From assembly GCF_001194135.2 (NCBI RefSeq), contig NC_068994.1, forward strand, positions 27,266,780 to 27,330,779: a stretch of 64,000 nucleotides of DNA, written 5' to 3'. This stretch comes from Octopus bimaculoides. Its lineage: Eukaryota. Every line of letters begins with the position of its first letter. The stretch's first letter is position 1. Shown here piece after piece: positions 52,690 through 64,000 of this stretch. Below the pieces are notes generated by a model, which saw nothing but the letters and a program-made list of their open reading frames with translations, searched no databases and had not been told where the DNA came from. Position numbers and translations under genes: made by a program.

Positions 52690-55600
52690 TTATTTTATCA
52701 GGAAAAATCTCAGCTTTATTTTGGTCAGTATGATGAAGAGTGTCAGCTGTCCACAGCCAGGAGACTAAGGTGACACTTGTTTGCTGATCTTGCTTCAAGA
52801 ACCCTGCGGAGGACTCTTGCAGTTCTAAGCAATGATAATTTCTTTAGATGTTCTATCTTTATATTCATTCCAATCTTTTTGAGCCATGTTGCTAGTTGAG
52901 TGCTGACACTTCCAAGTGCACCAATCACTATTGGTATCATGTCTATTCTGTTCATTGCCCACAACCTGCATATTTCCCACTTCAATTTGTCCTATTTGGT
53001 AACTTTTTCTTCTTCTTTCTCTTCAATCCTGTTGTCACCAGGTCATGCTATGTCAATTATCAGACATTTTTTTCTTTTTTATTCACTACAACAATGTCAG
53101 GTTTTAAATGTCTAATCTAATGGTCACACTGAATCATTGCATCCTACAGAATTTGCAATTCTCATTCTCATCAATTCCTTCTGTTTTTGATCTTTCTTGG
53201 CCATAATTTCCACAGAGCTCCCAACAGACCATTCTTGCCATATCGTCATGTTATCTTTTCTATTCGCGTTGTGTCAATTTTGAGCATTCACTTACAATAT
53301 GCCACACTGTTTCACCCCTCTCACCACACATTCTGTGTTATCGATTCTGCACTTCACATAACTTGTGCTCACTTCTCGTTCTTGTGCCATACATATAAAT
53401 GCTTCTCTTTCTATCTTCAAATCACTCCTCCATATCCATAACCACTGACCTTTCGTATCTGTTTTTGCACTCATATCTCTGACCATACATTTTTTTTTCT
53501 TTTCCATGCCATTTCATTTTCCATGTTTTTTCCCTCTTTAAATTTTTCTTTTTCAACACAACTATCAATTTTGATGATGCCAGACTTCTTCACAACAATG
53601 GTTCACAGAATTTTTTACATACCGCCCTAAAATATTTTCCTCTAATTCAATACAATCCTGACAACTGATCAAATCTGTCCCACCTTTTCTTCTGAACAAG
53701 TACAACCGATCAGTGTTACACTTGTAATGAAATATTCCATGCAATGTGAATAGTTTCTGTGTCTTCATATCCATACTCATCAGTTCATTCTTTTGCCAGT
53801 TTATGATTCCATCTCTATAATCAAGTGATGCTATGTCCCGTGTATTCACAGCTTGAAATTGTATTCCATCCAGCCAATTTTGAGCACAACATAATCTTCA
53901 GAAATACTCTTTCTTCAGCTGTTCTTTCATTTCCTTCTCCATGATCTCTAGTATGCCAAGATACTTATAACCTTCCTTTTCAATTTGTTTCATCACTTCC
54001 CTATTTGGCAATTCTCTCCCTGTTTGGGACTGTACCTTCCTCTTTTCAGACTCATTACACCACACTTCTTGAGTCAGAATTCCATTGTAACATCAGCACT
54101 AAAAACAGTGAACAGCATTCACCCAGGAACTTACTTGTACCCCATCTTTGCCATGCAGCTTCAAATCATCCATGAAGAGATGATTGTTTCTTTGTGTTTT
54201 TCCTTTGAACTGATATCCCTGGTTCATTTTCCTCAGTACCAAGATCAGAGGGATCATGCAAAGTACAAAAAGCAATGTAGATAAGTTATACCTAAGAAAA
54301 TCCCTCTCTTGATGCCCAGAGTGCCCAAGCTTTGTCCATATGATGTCAACTGGTCTGTAAACTCATGTAAACTACTGAATTTATTTAGCCAGTAGCCTTG
54401 AACTAAATTTTATCCTGGGCCCTTCCAATTCGACATTTTTCTTTACACTTTACTCATTATTGCACTAGTTAATCTTAGATCTGGCTGCTTCTCACTCACT
54501 ACTTCTTCCCTCACTTTCTTTAAGCATGCTACATCTCCATTACGATTGACTGGTTTATCCCAAATATTACTCCAAAACTTTCTAGCTTCCTCTCCATTAG
54601 GTTTCCCATCTTCAGTACTTCGTTCTCCACTATTTATTTGGTTATAAAATCTCCTCTGGTCTGTTTCAGCTAATCTATTCTGTTGATACTGATCTATTGT
54701 TTTCTGATATCTAGAATGCTTGCCTGTGACTGCTGTGGTACACTGTTTCAACTCTTCTATTATTGTCCCAAATCCTTTCTCTTTGACTAAATATCTTTCC
54801 TCAAGGCAAGATTTGAATCTTATGTTTCCTAACCTGTTTGTTTTCCAGGCTTCTATTATACTCAGATCTTGTCTTAAAGTCTTCACTTTATTTTGTAGTT
54901 TCCTTTTCCACATTTGCTCTTTTAAATCTTTCCCTATGAGATATCTAATCTTCTGGTGACTACTACCCCTCCTGCATAGATCAATAAGTTAGTGTCTTCT
55001 ATATTTTTAGTATCTATCCTACTGATAACTGAATCTACTTTCCTAGTCATATCTAGCAGCTTTCTTCTGTTGATGCCCTTTAATGCTGGCAATCTTTTTC
55101 TTACTTCTTTACTCATTACTTCTTGCAATTCATCTAAAATCTTCTGATCTTCCTCACTTAAATCACTTAAGTCGTTGGTGCCAGTTGTCCCTTCTTTATT
55201 GGTAGCACTATTATTATTTTTTCCCTTAGATTCTTCTTTGGTTTGAGCCGTATCTCTTATGCTGCTGTTTGTCTTTCCCACTGCCTGGTCTTTCTTTTCC
55301 AGTTTTCCTGTGACCTCTTCTACCTCCATTTCTGTCATCCACTTTCTTCTCTTAATAGCATTAGTTTGATCAACTAATCTCTACTCAGTCACTTTAAACA
55401 TACCCTTCTCTACCCAAAGTGTTAACATCCGTTTTCTATAGCCCCCTTTTTTAGGTTCACTTTCTGAGTAGCACTGCATCACCATCCTGTTTTCTTTGTT
55501 GGTCCACTTCCTCCTCCTTGCTCTATTATCTGCTGATGCTGTATTAAGATAACAGCTGTGGTCAGTCTGCATCTTTACTCATCCACTGCCAAGTGAGAGG

Positions 55601-55800
55601 CCTTCCTTTAAAGGTCCAGCTTCATTTTCCCTGTTACAACCAGAATTTCTTCGGAAGCACCTGTCCCTCATAAACTGAGGTATGGTAACGTTCGTCACCA
55701 TGGTAATCATTTCAACATCTGAAAGTTTCAAGCAACTTTCTATTGCATCATTTGTTGCACCTTTGTGCTGGTGAGGTGGGGTGTGCTGCATTTTTTAGCA
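52690..55800 (-). mobile_element. R4/Dong-like RLE LINE, near full span with internal RT deletion
   Basis: RRRKWTNKENRMVMQCY, YQQNRLAETDQRRFY, FWSNIW, RLYLFRRKGG and IPIVIGALG...LLRTARVLRRVL. The 3' UTR ends in (TAA)n. Confidence 0.87.
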
Positions 55801-55879
55801 TGGGGTGGATATTGTATTGTATCAGTATGTTTTGTTATGGAGTTTGGTTTGAGTCTTCTGTTGCATCAGTTTTAGTACT

Positions 55880-56340
55880 GTGTAGTGCAGGTTATGTTCT
55901 GTCAGGTATCAGCATTCTATGGCACATGTTGTGGGTTTTGTTCATGTTGTTGGGTATTTACAGTATGAGTTTATTCTTGTATCAAAAGCTTTTTTATAGT
56001 CTATCCAGGCTACTGACAAGTTTCTGTGTCATTTGTGATAATCTTCCAAGATCATCTTATTGATTAGTAGCTGATCTTTACAACCATAGCACCCATGTTT
56101 GCATTCTCTTTGCTCATTAGGGAATATGCCATTTTCTATTAAAAAGCTACAGGTATATTCAGTCAAGACAAATGTTAGCATTTTATACATTGTTGTTAAG
56201 CAGTTTATGGATCTATAATTTTTTGGTTCATTTGTTTCTTCATTTTTTGGAAGTAGGAATGTTACACTATTAACTAGCCAAGAGGGAATCATACTAGGTT
56301 GTTGCAAAACATTGTTGTAAAGTTTTGGTAGCAGTTCATA
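55880..56340 (-). mobile_element. R4/Dong-like RT fragment (second copy)
   Basis: TFLLPKNEET..NYRSINCLTTMYK...EQRECKHGCYGCKDQLLINKMIL; flanked by (TAA)n. Confidence 0.82.
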
Positions 56341-56371
56341 GCTCTGTTATTATTATTATTATTGTTAGTAT

Positions 56372-56403
<32 letters not shown>

Positions 56404-56659
56404 GGGCAGCAAGCTGGCAAAATCAATAGCATGCCAGGCAAAATGGCTTGCAGCATTTCATCCAGCTTATTCTGAGGTCAAATCCTGTTGAGGTTAACTT
56501 TGTCATCCATTCAGAGTTGATAAAATAAAGTATCATTCAAGTACTGGAATTGATGTAATTGACTCATCCCATGTCCTAAAATTGCTGGCCTTGTGCTAAA
56601 ATTCGAAGCAGCTTATGTTATTTTTATCATTATTATTCATGGTGTCCAAGAATGTTTTA

Positions 56660-57560
56660 CATTCAGAATCTATGTCCTTGATACGGGGCTACAACTAGTT
56701 TCCTTAGCAATTGAGCAGATTTCTGAATTAATGCAATTCTCATAATCACACCAATCTCAATCACACCAATCTCAATCACACCAATCTCAATCACACCAAT
56801 CTCAATCACACCAATCTCAATCACACCAATCTCAATCACACCAATCTCAATCACACCAATCTCAATCACACCAATCTCAATCACACCAATCTCAATCACA
56901 CCAATCTCAATCACACCAATCTCAATTTTGTGATTAGTCTGTGCATTAAAATCCCATAAGACCCTATGTTGGTCATTCTCCATTTCACCTTCTAATTGAT
57001 GTTTATACCATTTTCTTACAACTTCAAATCCTCTTTGTCGAAATATGTCCCAGGGCAGTACCTTGGCTACACAGTCATGTTTGCGTCTATACTCTTTCAG
57101 TGCCAAAGGACTACAGGAACTTATTAAGGGCATAATGGATTCTTCTTGCTCATTACAAGAGTTGCATTTTCCACTTTTCATGGATTTGTCTATTTTGTCC
57201 TTAATAGTGATATTCATTCGCACTGACTTGCTTTGAGCTACCATTATGAGTGCTTCCATTTCTTAAGGTCTCCTTTCTTCAGCCATAACCAAGATTCATC
57301 TGGTGTTTGTTTGAGATGTGACCATGTAGTTCTTTCTCACAGATGTTTCTTTTTTGCTCCTATTTTCTTCTGTTCTTGTATTCCATTGCAGTCTCCACGG
57401 CTTCTTTCTCCTCTCCACTTAAAGCTGAAATCAGTCTTTCTGAGTTGCTTCTCACATTCTCTTCTATATCACATTTTGCCATCTTTACACAGTCTCCTAT
57501 TAATACCAGTCCTCTCCTGCTTCCTTAGTTCTTCCTTAGTCCAGTTCAGGAAAGCATTGT
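56660..57560 (-). mobile_element. R4/Dong-like 3' fragment (third copy) with CCHC finger; RLE domain deleted
   Basis: EALIMVAQ...KCNSCNEQEESIMPLISSC...KHDCVAK...VLWDF...IQKSAQLLRKL. Confidence 0.82.
56746..56925. repeat. Perfect 15-bp tandem repeat x12 (tcacaccaatctcaa)
   Basis: Direct count; it encodes in-frame (IEIGV)12 on the minus strand. Confidence 0.96.
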
Positions 57561-59097
57561 TATTATTATTAAGATGGTAGATTGCAAAAACTATACAAGT
57601 TTTAGATAACATTCTTTACAAGTGAAATTGGTAGATAGAAACAGTATGGAAGTTCATGCCTCACACACACACATAGATAGATAAATAGACAGACAGGCAT
57701 CAATGTATGTAATGTGTGTTTTGTGTATGTGCATATGAATGTTGACATTTAATGAGTTTGTTTATTACTGCTTGAAAAAAAAAATGTTATTCTTTTTTTT
57801 TTTTCATCACTATCACATTTTGCTTGCATATAACAATCTTCAGGGGAATCTGGAAGCAAAGAACCTCCATAAAGCACAAATTTCAGTTTTGTTTTTGTAT
57901 GATATCAACTTCCAGTTGGACATGCACATAACAGAAAATGTCTGTAGGAAAAATTGATATATGATAAGTAGAAATAAGTCATTGTTTCTTTTAGATCAAT
58001 TATTTTTCATAGTTGTGAAATGTAATTCTAGTCTAGTTTAAAATTTTTAATGTTGAGAACAGTGCTGCTGTGTAGGAAATTCAGGTGTTCTCCATAATAT
58101 AGATAATGTGATGAAATAATTGCTNNNNNNNNNNNNNNNNNNNNNNNNNNNNNNNNNNNNNNNNNNNNNNNNNNNNNNNNNNNNNNNNNNNNNNNNNNNN
58201 NNNNNNNNNNNNNNNNNNNNNNNNNNNNNNNNNNNNNNNNNNNNNNNNNNNNNNNNNNNNNNNNNNNNNNNNNNNNNNNNNNNNNNNNNNNNNNNNNNNN
58301 NNNNNNNNNNNNNNNNNNNNNNNNNNNNNNNNNNNNNNNNNNNNNNNNNNNNNNNNNNNNNNNNNNNNNNNNNNNNNNNNNNNNNNNNNNNNNNNNNNNN
58401 NNNNNNNNNNNNNNNNNNNNNNNNNNNNNNNNNNNNNNNNNNNNNNNNNNNNNNNNNNNNNNNNNNNNNNNNNNNNNNNNNNNNNNNNNNNNNNNNNNNN
58501 NNNNNNNNNNNNNNNNNNNNNNNNNNNNNNNNNNNNNNNNNNNNNNNNNNNNNNNNNNNNNNNNNNNNNNNNNNNNNNNNNNNNNNNNNNNNNNNNNNNN
58601 NNNNNNNNNNNNNNNNNNNNNNNNNNNNNNNNNNNNNNNNNNNNNNNNNNNNNNNNNNNNNNNNNNNNNNNNNNNNNNNNNNNNNNNNNNNNNNNNNNNN
58701 NNNNNNNNNNNNNNNNNNNNNNNNNNNNNNNNNNNNNNNNNNNNNNNNNNNNNNNNNNNNNNNNNNNNNNNNNNNNNNNNNNNNNNNNNNNNNNNNNNNN
58801 NNNNNNNNNNNNNNNNNNNNNNNNNNNNNNNNNNNNNNNNNNNNNNNNNNNNNNNNNNNNNNNNNNNNNNNNNNNNNNNNNNNNNNNNNNNNNNNNNNNN
58901 NNNNNNNNNNNNNNNNNNNNNNNNNNNNNNNNNNNNNNNNNNNNNNNNNNNNNNNNNNNNNNNNNNNNNNNNNNNNNNNNNNNNNNNNNNNNNNNNNNNN
59001 NNNNNNNNNNNNNNNNNNNNNNNNNNNNNNNNNNNNNNNNNNNNNNNNNNNNNNNNNNNNNNNNNNNNNNNNNNNNNNNNNNNNNNNNNNNNNNNNN

Positions 59098-59161
<64 letters not shown>

Positions 59162-59648
59162 TATATATTTGGAGAGAGAGAGAGAGAGAAATTGTTTTGA
59201 GTCAAAAGTTTTGAAATATTTTGGTAACTTATTTGCTTTATTCAAGTTACAACAAAAGCAGCCTAACACTCAAAGTAGAGGCCATTATGTTGCACAGTCT
59301 GAAGTCACCTTTCTGCTAGTTTTTTGACCCCACACTGATACCAGTTCCTCTGAGGTGAAGAACCCCTTCACTGAAGCTTCCATCTTGGCTGAAGAAGCAT
59401 CCTAACATCAACCATTCCACAGAGTGCCTTTTATGTGGCATCAGCACAGGCAAGATCAGTTTTGGCATAGTTTTTACAGTTGGATACCCTTCCAAATGTC
59501 AAATGGAGACGAACAACATTCCTCCATGGCTCGAAAAATTGTTAGGATATTAAGATATTCTTCTATATTTCTTAACATGAAACCAATGAAGTCTTAATAC
59601 ACAAATAAAGAAACTCTATCCACCAATGCAGTGTTGAGCACTCGTTCT

Positions 59649-59683
<35 letters not shown>

Positions 59684-59994
59684 AGAGTAAGCACATAAAT
59701 GGGAAAAAATAGTATGGAGGTAGAGTAATATGCTTTATTAATAAAACTGCAAGAACATCTCAAAAACTGTTACTCAGAGTTTCATTATGATTTTAAATCG
59801 TAATTCTAATTCCATAGAACCTGTTATAGAAAAAACCATTAGTTGAAAGGACGTATGAAGTAAAACCAATTTCAAATGTATATCTATCAACGTAATTGCA
59901 TATTCAACAATTTCTTTTATTTCATTCTCTACCAAAACTGTCAGACGAATAGGAATGTGAAACTCTGAGCAACAGTTTTTGTGATGTTTTTGCA

Positions 59995-60145
59995 GTTATG
60001 TGGTAAGTAGCTTGCTTACCAACCACATGGTTCCGGGTTCAGTCCCACTGCGTGGCACCTTGGGCAAGTGTCTTCTACTATAGCCTCTGGCCGACCAAAG
60101 CCTTGTGAGTGGATTTGGTAGATGGAAACTGACAGAAGCCTGTTG
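59995..60145 (+). mobile_element. tRNA-derived SINE head
   Basis: gggttcagtcccactgcgtggcaccttgggcaagtgtcttctactatagc. Confidence 0.8.
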
Positions 60146-60991
60146 TATATATGTATATATGTATATATATATATATANNNNNNNNNNNNNNNNNNNNNNN
60201 NNNNNNNNNNNNNNNNNNNNNNNNNNNNNNNNNNNNNNNNNNNNNNNNNNNNNNNNNNNNNNNNNNNNNNNNNNNNNNNNNNNNNNNNNNNNNNNNNNNN
60301 NNNNNNNNNNNNNNNNNNNNNNNNNNNNNNNNNNNNNNNNNNNNNNNNNNNNNNNNNNNNNNNNNNNNNNNNNNNNNNNNNNNNNNNNNNNNNNNNNNNN
60401 NNNNNNNNNNNNNNNNNNNNNNNNNNNNNNNNNNNNNNNNNNNNNNNNNNNNNNNNNNNNNNNNNNNNNNNNNNNNNNNNNNNNNNNNNNNNNNNNNNNN
60501 NNNNNNNNNNNNNNNNNNNNNNNNNNNNNNNNNNNNNNNNNNNNNNNNNNNNNNNNNNNNNNNNNNNNNNNNNNNNNNNNNNNNNNNNNNNNNNNNNNNN
60601 NNNNNNNNNNNNNNNNNNNNNNNNNNNNNNNNNNNNNNNNNNNNNNNNNNNNNNNNNNNNNNNNNNNNNNNNNNNNNNNNNNNNNNNNNNNNNNNNNNNN
60701 NNNNNNNNNNNNNNNNNNNNNNNNNNNNNNNNNNNNNNNNNNNNNNNNNNNNNNNNNNNNNNNNNNNNNNNNNNNNNNNNNNNNNNNNNNNNNNNNNNNN
60801 NNNNNNNNNNNNNNNNNNNNNNNNNNNNNNNNNNNNNNNNNNNNNNNNNNNNNNNNNNNNNNNNNNNNNNNNNNNNNNNNNNNNNNNNNNNNNNNNNNNN
60901 NNNNNNNNNNNNNNNNNNNNNNNNNNNNNNNNNNNNNNNNNNNNNNNNNNNNNNNNNNNNNNNNNNNNNNNNNNNNNNNNNNNNNNNNNNN

Positions 60992-61165
60992 ATAAGGTCG
61001 TCTTTTTCTAGGTCTTTAATATGTGGTGGGTTTTATCAGATCTGAAACCATAATTGTCCTCTGACTGAGGGCCACATGTACCTTTATTGTAAAAATAGAC
61101 CTTCCATTTCATATTCCTCACGACATTCTCTGTTTTGTTGATAAGATGCTTGATGTACACTTTCT
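60992..61165 (-). mobile_element. PLE N-terminal fragment
   Basis: YIKHLINKTENVVRNMKWKVYFY...NYGFRS resembles the PLE pre-RT motif RMRWKA.F...YGFKS. Confidence 0.6.
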
Positions 61166-61615
61166 CTTTTACTCTTTTACTTGATTCAGTCATTTGACTG
61201 CAGCCATGCTGGAGCACCACCTTTAGTCGAGCAAATCGACCCCAGGACTTATTCTTTGTAAGCCTAGTACTTATTCTATCGGTCTCTTTTGCCAAACTGC
61301 TAAGTTATGGGGACATAAACACATCAGCATCGGTTGTCAAGCGAAGTTGGGGGGACAAACAGACTGACACACAAACATACACACATATATATATACGATG
61401 GGCTTCTTTCAGTTTCCGTCTACCAAATCCACTCACAAGGCTTTGGTCAGCCCGAAGCTATAGTAGAAGACACNNNNNNNNNNTCCACTCACAAGGCTTT
61501 GGTCAGCCCGAAGCTATAGTAGAAGACACTTGCCCAAGGTGCCATGCAGTGGGACTGAATCTGGAACCATGTGGTTGGGAAGAAAGCTACTTACCACACA
61601 GCCACTCCTGCGCCT
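61160..61615 (-). mobile_element. tRNA-derived SINE
   Basis: Same family as 33290-33670. Confidence 0.8.
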
Positions 61616-61875
61616 ATGTGGAATAGGAATATTTTTCAGTAATGTTCTTATTTCGTGTTTTTCCATGGTTTGTTTTGATTCTCTGTTCTTATTTAGTGCT
61701 CAACCAGTGTTTGGGGACACTGGAAGCATTGATATATAAAAATCAAACAATGAGATGGAGTGCTCAACACCATATTGGTGGATAGAAGTTAGCGGTGGGT
61801 AGAATATGTATAAATCTATGTTGATTCACTAGAAGGGATAAATTACAGAACTCAATATGTAAATGCAGTCTTTAA

Positions 61876-63610
61876 TCTTAATATATAAAGCTGAAGTTGT
61901 GTGTCTGTGTGAAGTCTTTTTAAAAGTTTATAGAAATCCACATTTTCCACTTTTTCGTAAAAATTTTTACATCAATGGAATTTTCTCGATGTGAACTTTC
62001 CAGTGCAGTAATTAGATTTTTAAAATTCCGTTTACTTTGTGCGATTTAAGGGAGATTTGGCTGTTGTTTCTAGCAACTTTTCTATTTCTTCCCTTCTACC
62101 TGGAACAGCGTTCTTACACACGCGCTCAACAGAGAGAGAAAGTGATACATACAACGTCATAGATTAAACTTTCTTCTCAGTATTCTTTGCTTATTTTTCA
62201 TAACATTGATACGTAAAAACACACACAACCACACNNNNNNNNNNNNNNNNNNNNNNNNNNNNNNNNNNNNNNNNNNNNNNNNNNNNNNNNNNNNNNNNNN
62301 NNNNNNNNNNNNNNNNNNNNNNNNNNNNNNNNNNNNNNNNNNNNNNNNNNNNNNNNNNNNNNNNNNNNNNNNNNNNNNNNNNNNNNNNNNNNNNNNNNNN
62401 NNNNNNNNNNNNNNNNNNNNNNNNNNNNNNNNNNNNNNNNNNNNNNNNNNNNNNNNNNNNNNNNNNNNNNNNNNNNNNNNNNNNNNNNNNNNNNNNNNNN
62501 NNNNNNNNNNNNNNNNNNNNNNNNNNNNNNNNNNNNNNNNNNNNNNNNNNNNNNNNNNNNNNNNNNNNNNNNNNNNNNNNNNNNNNNNNNNNNNNNNNNN
62601 NNNNNNNNNNNNNNNNNNNNNNNNNNNNNNNNNNNNNNNNNNNNNNNNNNNNNNNNNNNNNNNNNNNNNNNNNNNNNNNNNNNNNNNNNNNNNNNNNNNN
62701 NNNNNNNNNNNNNNNNNNNNNNNNNNNNNNNNNNNNNNNNNNNNNNNNNNNNNNNNNNNNNNNNNNNNNNNNNNNNNNNNNNNNNNNNNNNNNNNNNNNN
62801 NNNNNNNNNNNNNNNNNNNNNNNNNNNNNNNNNNNNNNNNNNNNNNNNNNNNNNNNNNNNNNNNNNNNNNNNNNNNNNNNNNNNNNNNNNNNNNNNNNNN
62901 NNNNNNNNNNNNNNNNGGTTAGGGTTAGGATTAGTGTTACGGTTATGGTTTTAGGGTCAGGGTTAGGGTTTTAGGGTTAGGGTTACGGTTTTAGGGTTAG
63001 GGTTAGGGTTTAGGGTTAATGTTAGGGTTAGTGTTAGGATTAGGTTTAGGATTAGGGTTGGGTAATCGTGCGGGTGTTAATCTGAAAAATTACAGATATG
63101 TGAAAAGTACTGACCCTGCCATCTATTATAACTTTTGTTGTTCTATTTAATATATACATAGATTATGCCTCCAAAGAAGAGAGTTGTTGGGGAAAGCTAC
63201 TTTGAACATAATGCAAAATGGTGCATCAACATCTACTGCCCAATCTGATAGAATTCTGGCAGAACTATGTAGCAACAAATCGCCAGCAATTGCTTCATCA
63301 CAAATTGCCGTCCTAGCTCCTGTGAAAAGGGATTATCCTGCTATGTATAATCAGGGCAGGGCAAAAAGTTGTTTTGCAGAAGCATTTCTGTAGCCAATTA
63401 GACTGATGAAATTTACGTACGCTTAATAATGTTACGCAAAACAGCCTTCAGACTTTCCCTATTAATTTCGTCTTTTGAATTATGAACATATTTACATCAT
63501 AAGGGTATTTTCGTTGTAAGGCTTTCTTTTTTTGTTGATTTTCACCTAACAAGACTTATCGTAGATGGCGTAATAAGTCACACCCGGACAAGGTCGGGTT
63601 ATACTGCTAG
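61876..63610 (+). mobile_element. Non-autonomous Helitron
   Basis: 5' end A|TCttaatatataaagctgaag; 3' GC hairpin cccggacaaggtcggg (63583-63598) then CTAG|T. A broken MPPKKR.. ORF start lies at about 63166. The element spans a gap, so continuity is assumed. Confidence 0.72.
62917..63060 (+). repeat. Degenerate (TTAGGG)n telomere-like repeat, interstitial
   Basis: ggttagggttagg... with variants such as ttagtg, ttagga and ttacgg. Confidence 0.9.
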
Positions 63611-64000
63611 TACATTATAACTGGAAGCCTTCTAATTCTTGTACTTGTTATAATTTCTGACCATTCAGTTGGTAATCTGAGACTGCTTTCCCTTTGAAAT
63701 ATATATTGTTTGAATATATTTTGAAATATATTAAAGTTATGAAGAAAGATCTTATATATGTGTTCTCTTTACAAAATACAAAAAAAAAAAGATTACAAGT
63801 GACATGTACAAAACAATTGATCCAAGCTCACATGGGAATATATATATATATATATACACATTCTCATATGAGCTTGGATCAATTGTTTTTGTGCGCAGGC
63901 CAACTTTGCCTTTCATCTTTTCGGTGTCGATTCAATAAGTACCAGTTATGCACTGGGTCGATGTGATCAACTTAATCCCTTTGTCTGTCCTTGTTTGTCC

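Noticed and set aside
61422-61530. Tandem duplication within a SINE
   Set aside because: Identical ~46-bp copies flank a 10-N gap, which is typical of an unmerged contig overlap.
5635-62922. Long ORFs in the supplied track made of X, YI, HT, CV or poly-I/T/V
   Set aside because: They are artefacts of N-gaps and microsatellites, not genes.
62917-63060. True telomere or chromosome fusion site
   Set aside because: The repeat is degenerate, short, in a single orientation and lies inside apparent Helitron ends.

Overview
This is AT-rich, microsatellite-dense animal genomic DNA from a gapped short-read-type assembly; N-gaps mostly sit next to (TA)n, (CA)n or (TATG)n. The SINE families and composition suggest an octopus/coleoid cephalopod, which is an inference I have not verified by search. 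I can support no host protein-coding exon. The window is a graveyard of decayed transposable elements: several Penelope-like elements (PLEs; RT and GIY-YIG fragments), Tx1/L1, RTE and R4/Dong-like LINEs, two internally deleted Gypsy LTR elements, mariner/maT/IS630-Tc1-like DNA transposons, a non-autonomous Helitron with TTAGGG-like repeats, and many tRNA-derived SINEs. The most interesting signal is RNA-level. A near-canonical type I hammerhead ribozyme (28041-28093) lies inside a ~358-bp monomer bounded by direct repeats. A second, decayed hammerhead lies in a 440-bp monomer with ~184-bp terminal repeats (8851-9474), and weaker hammerhead remnants occur elsewhere. This arrangement is consistent with retrozyme-like, PLE-dependent elements that could produce circular RNA. 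Coordinates of degenerate fragments are approximate.
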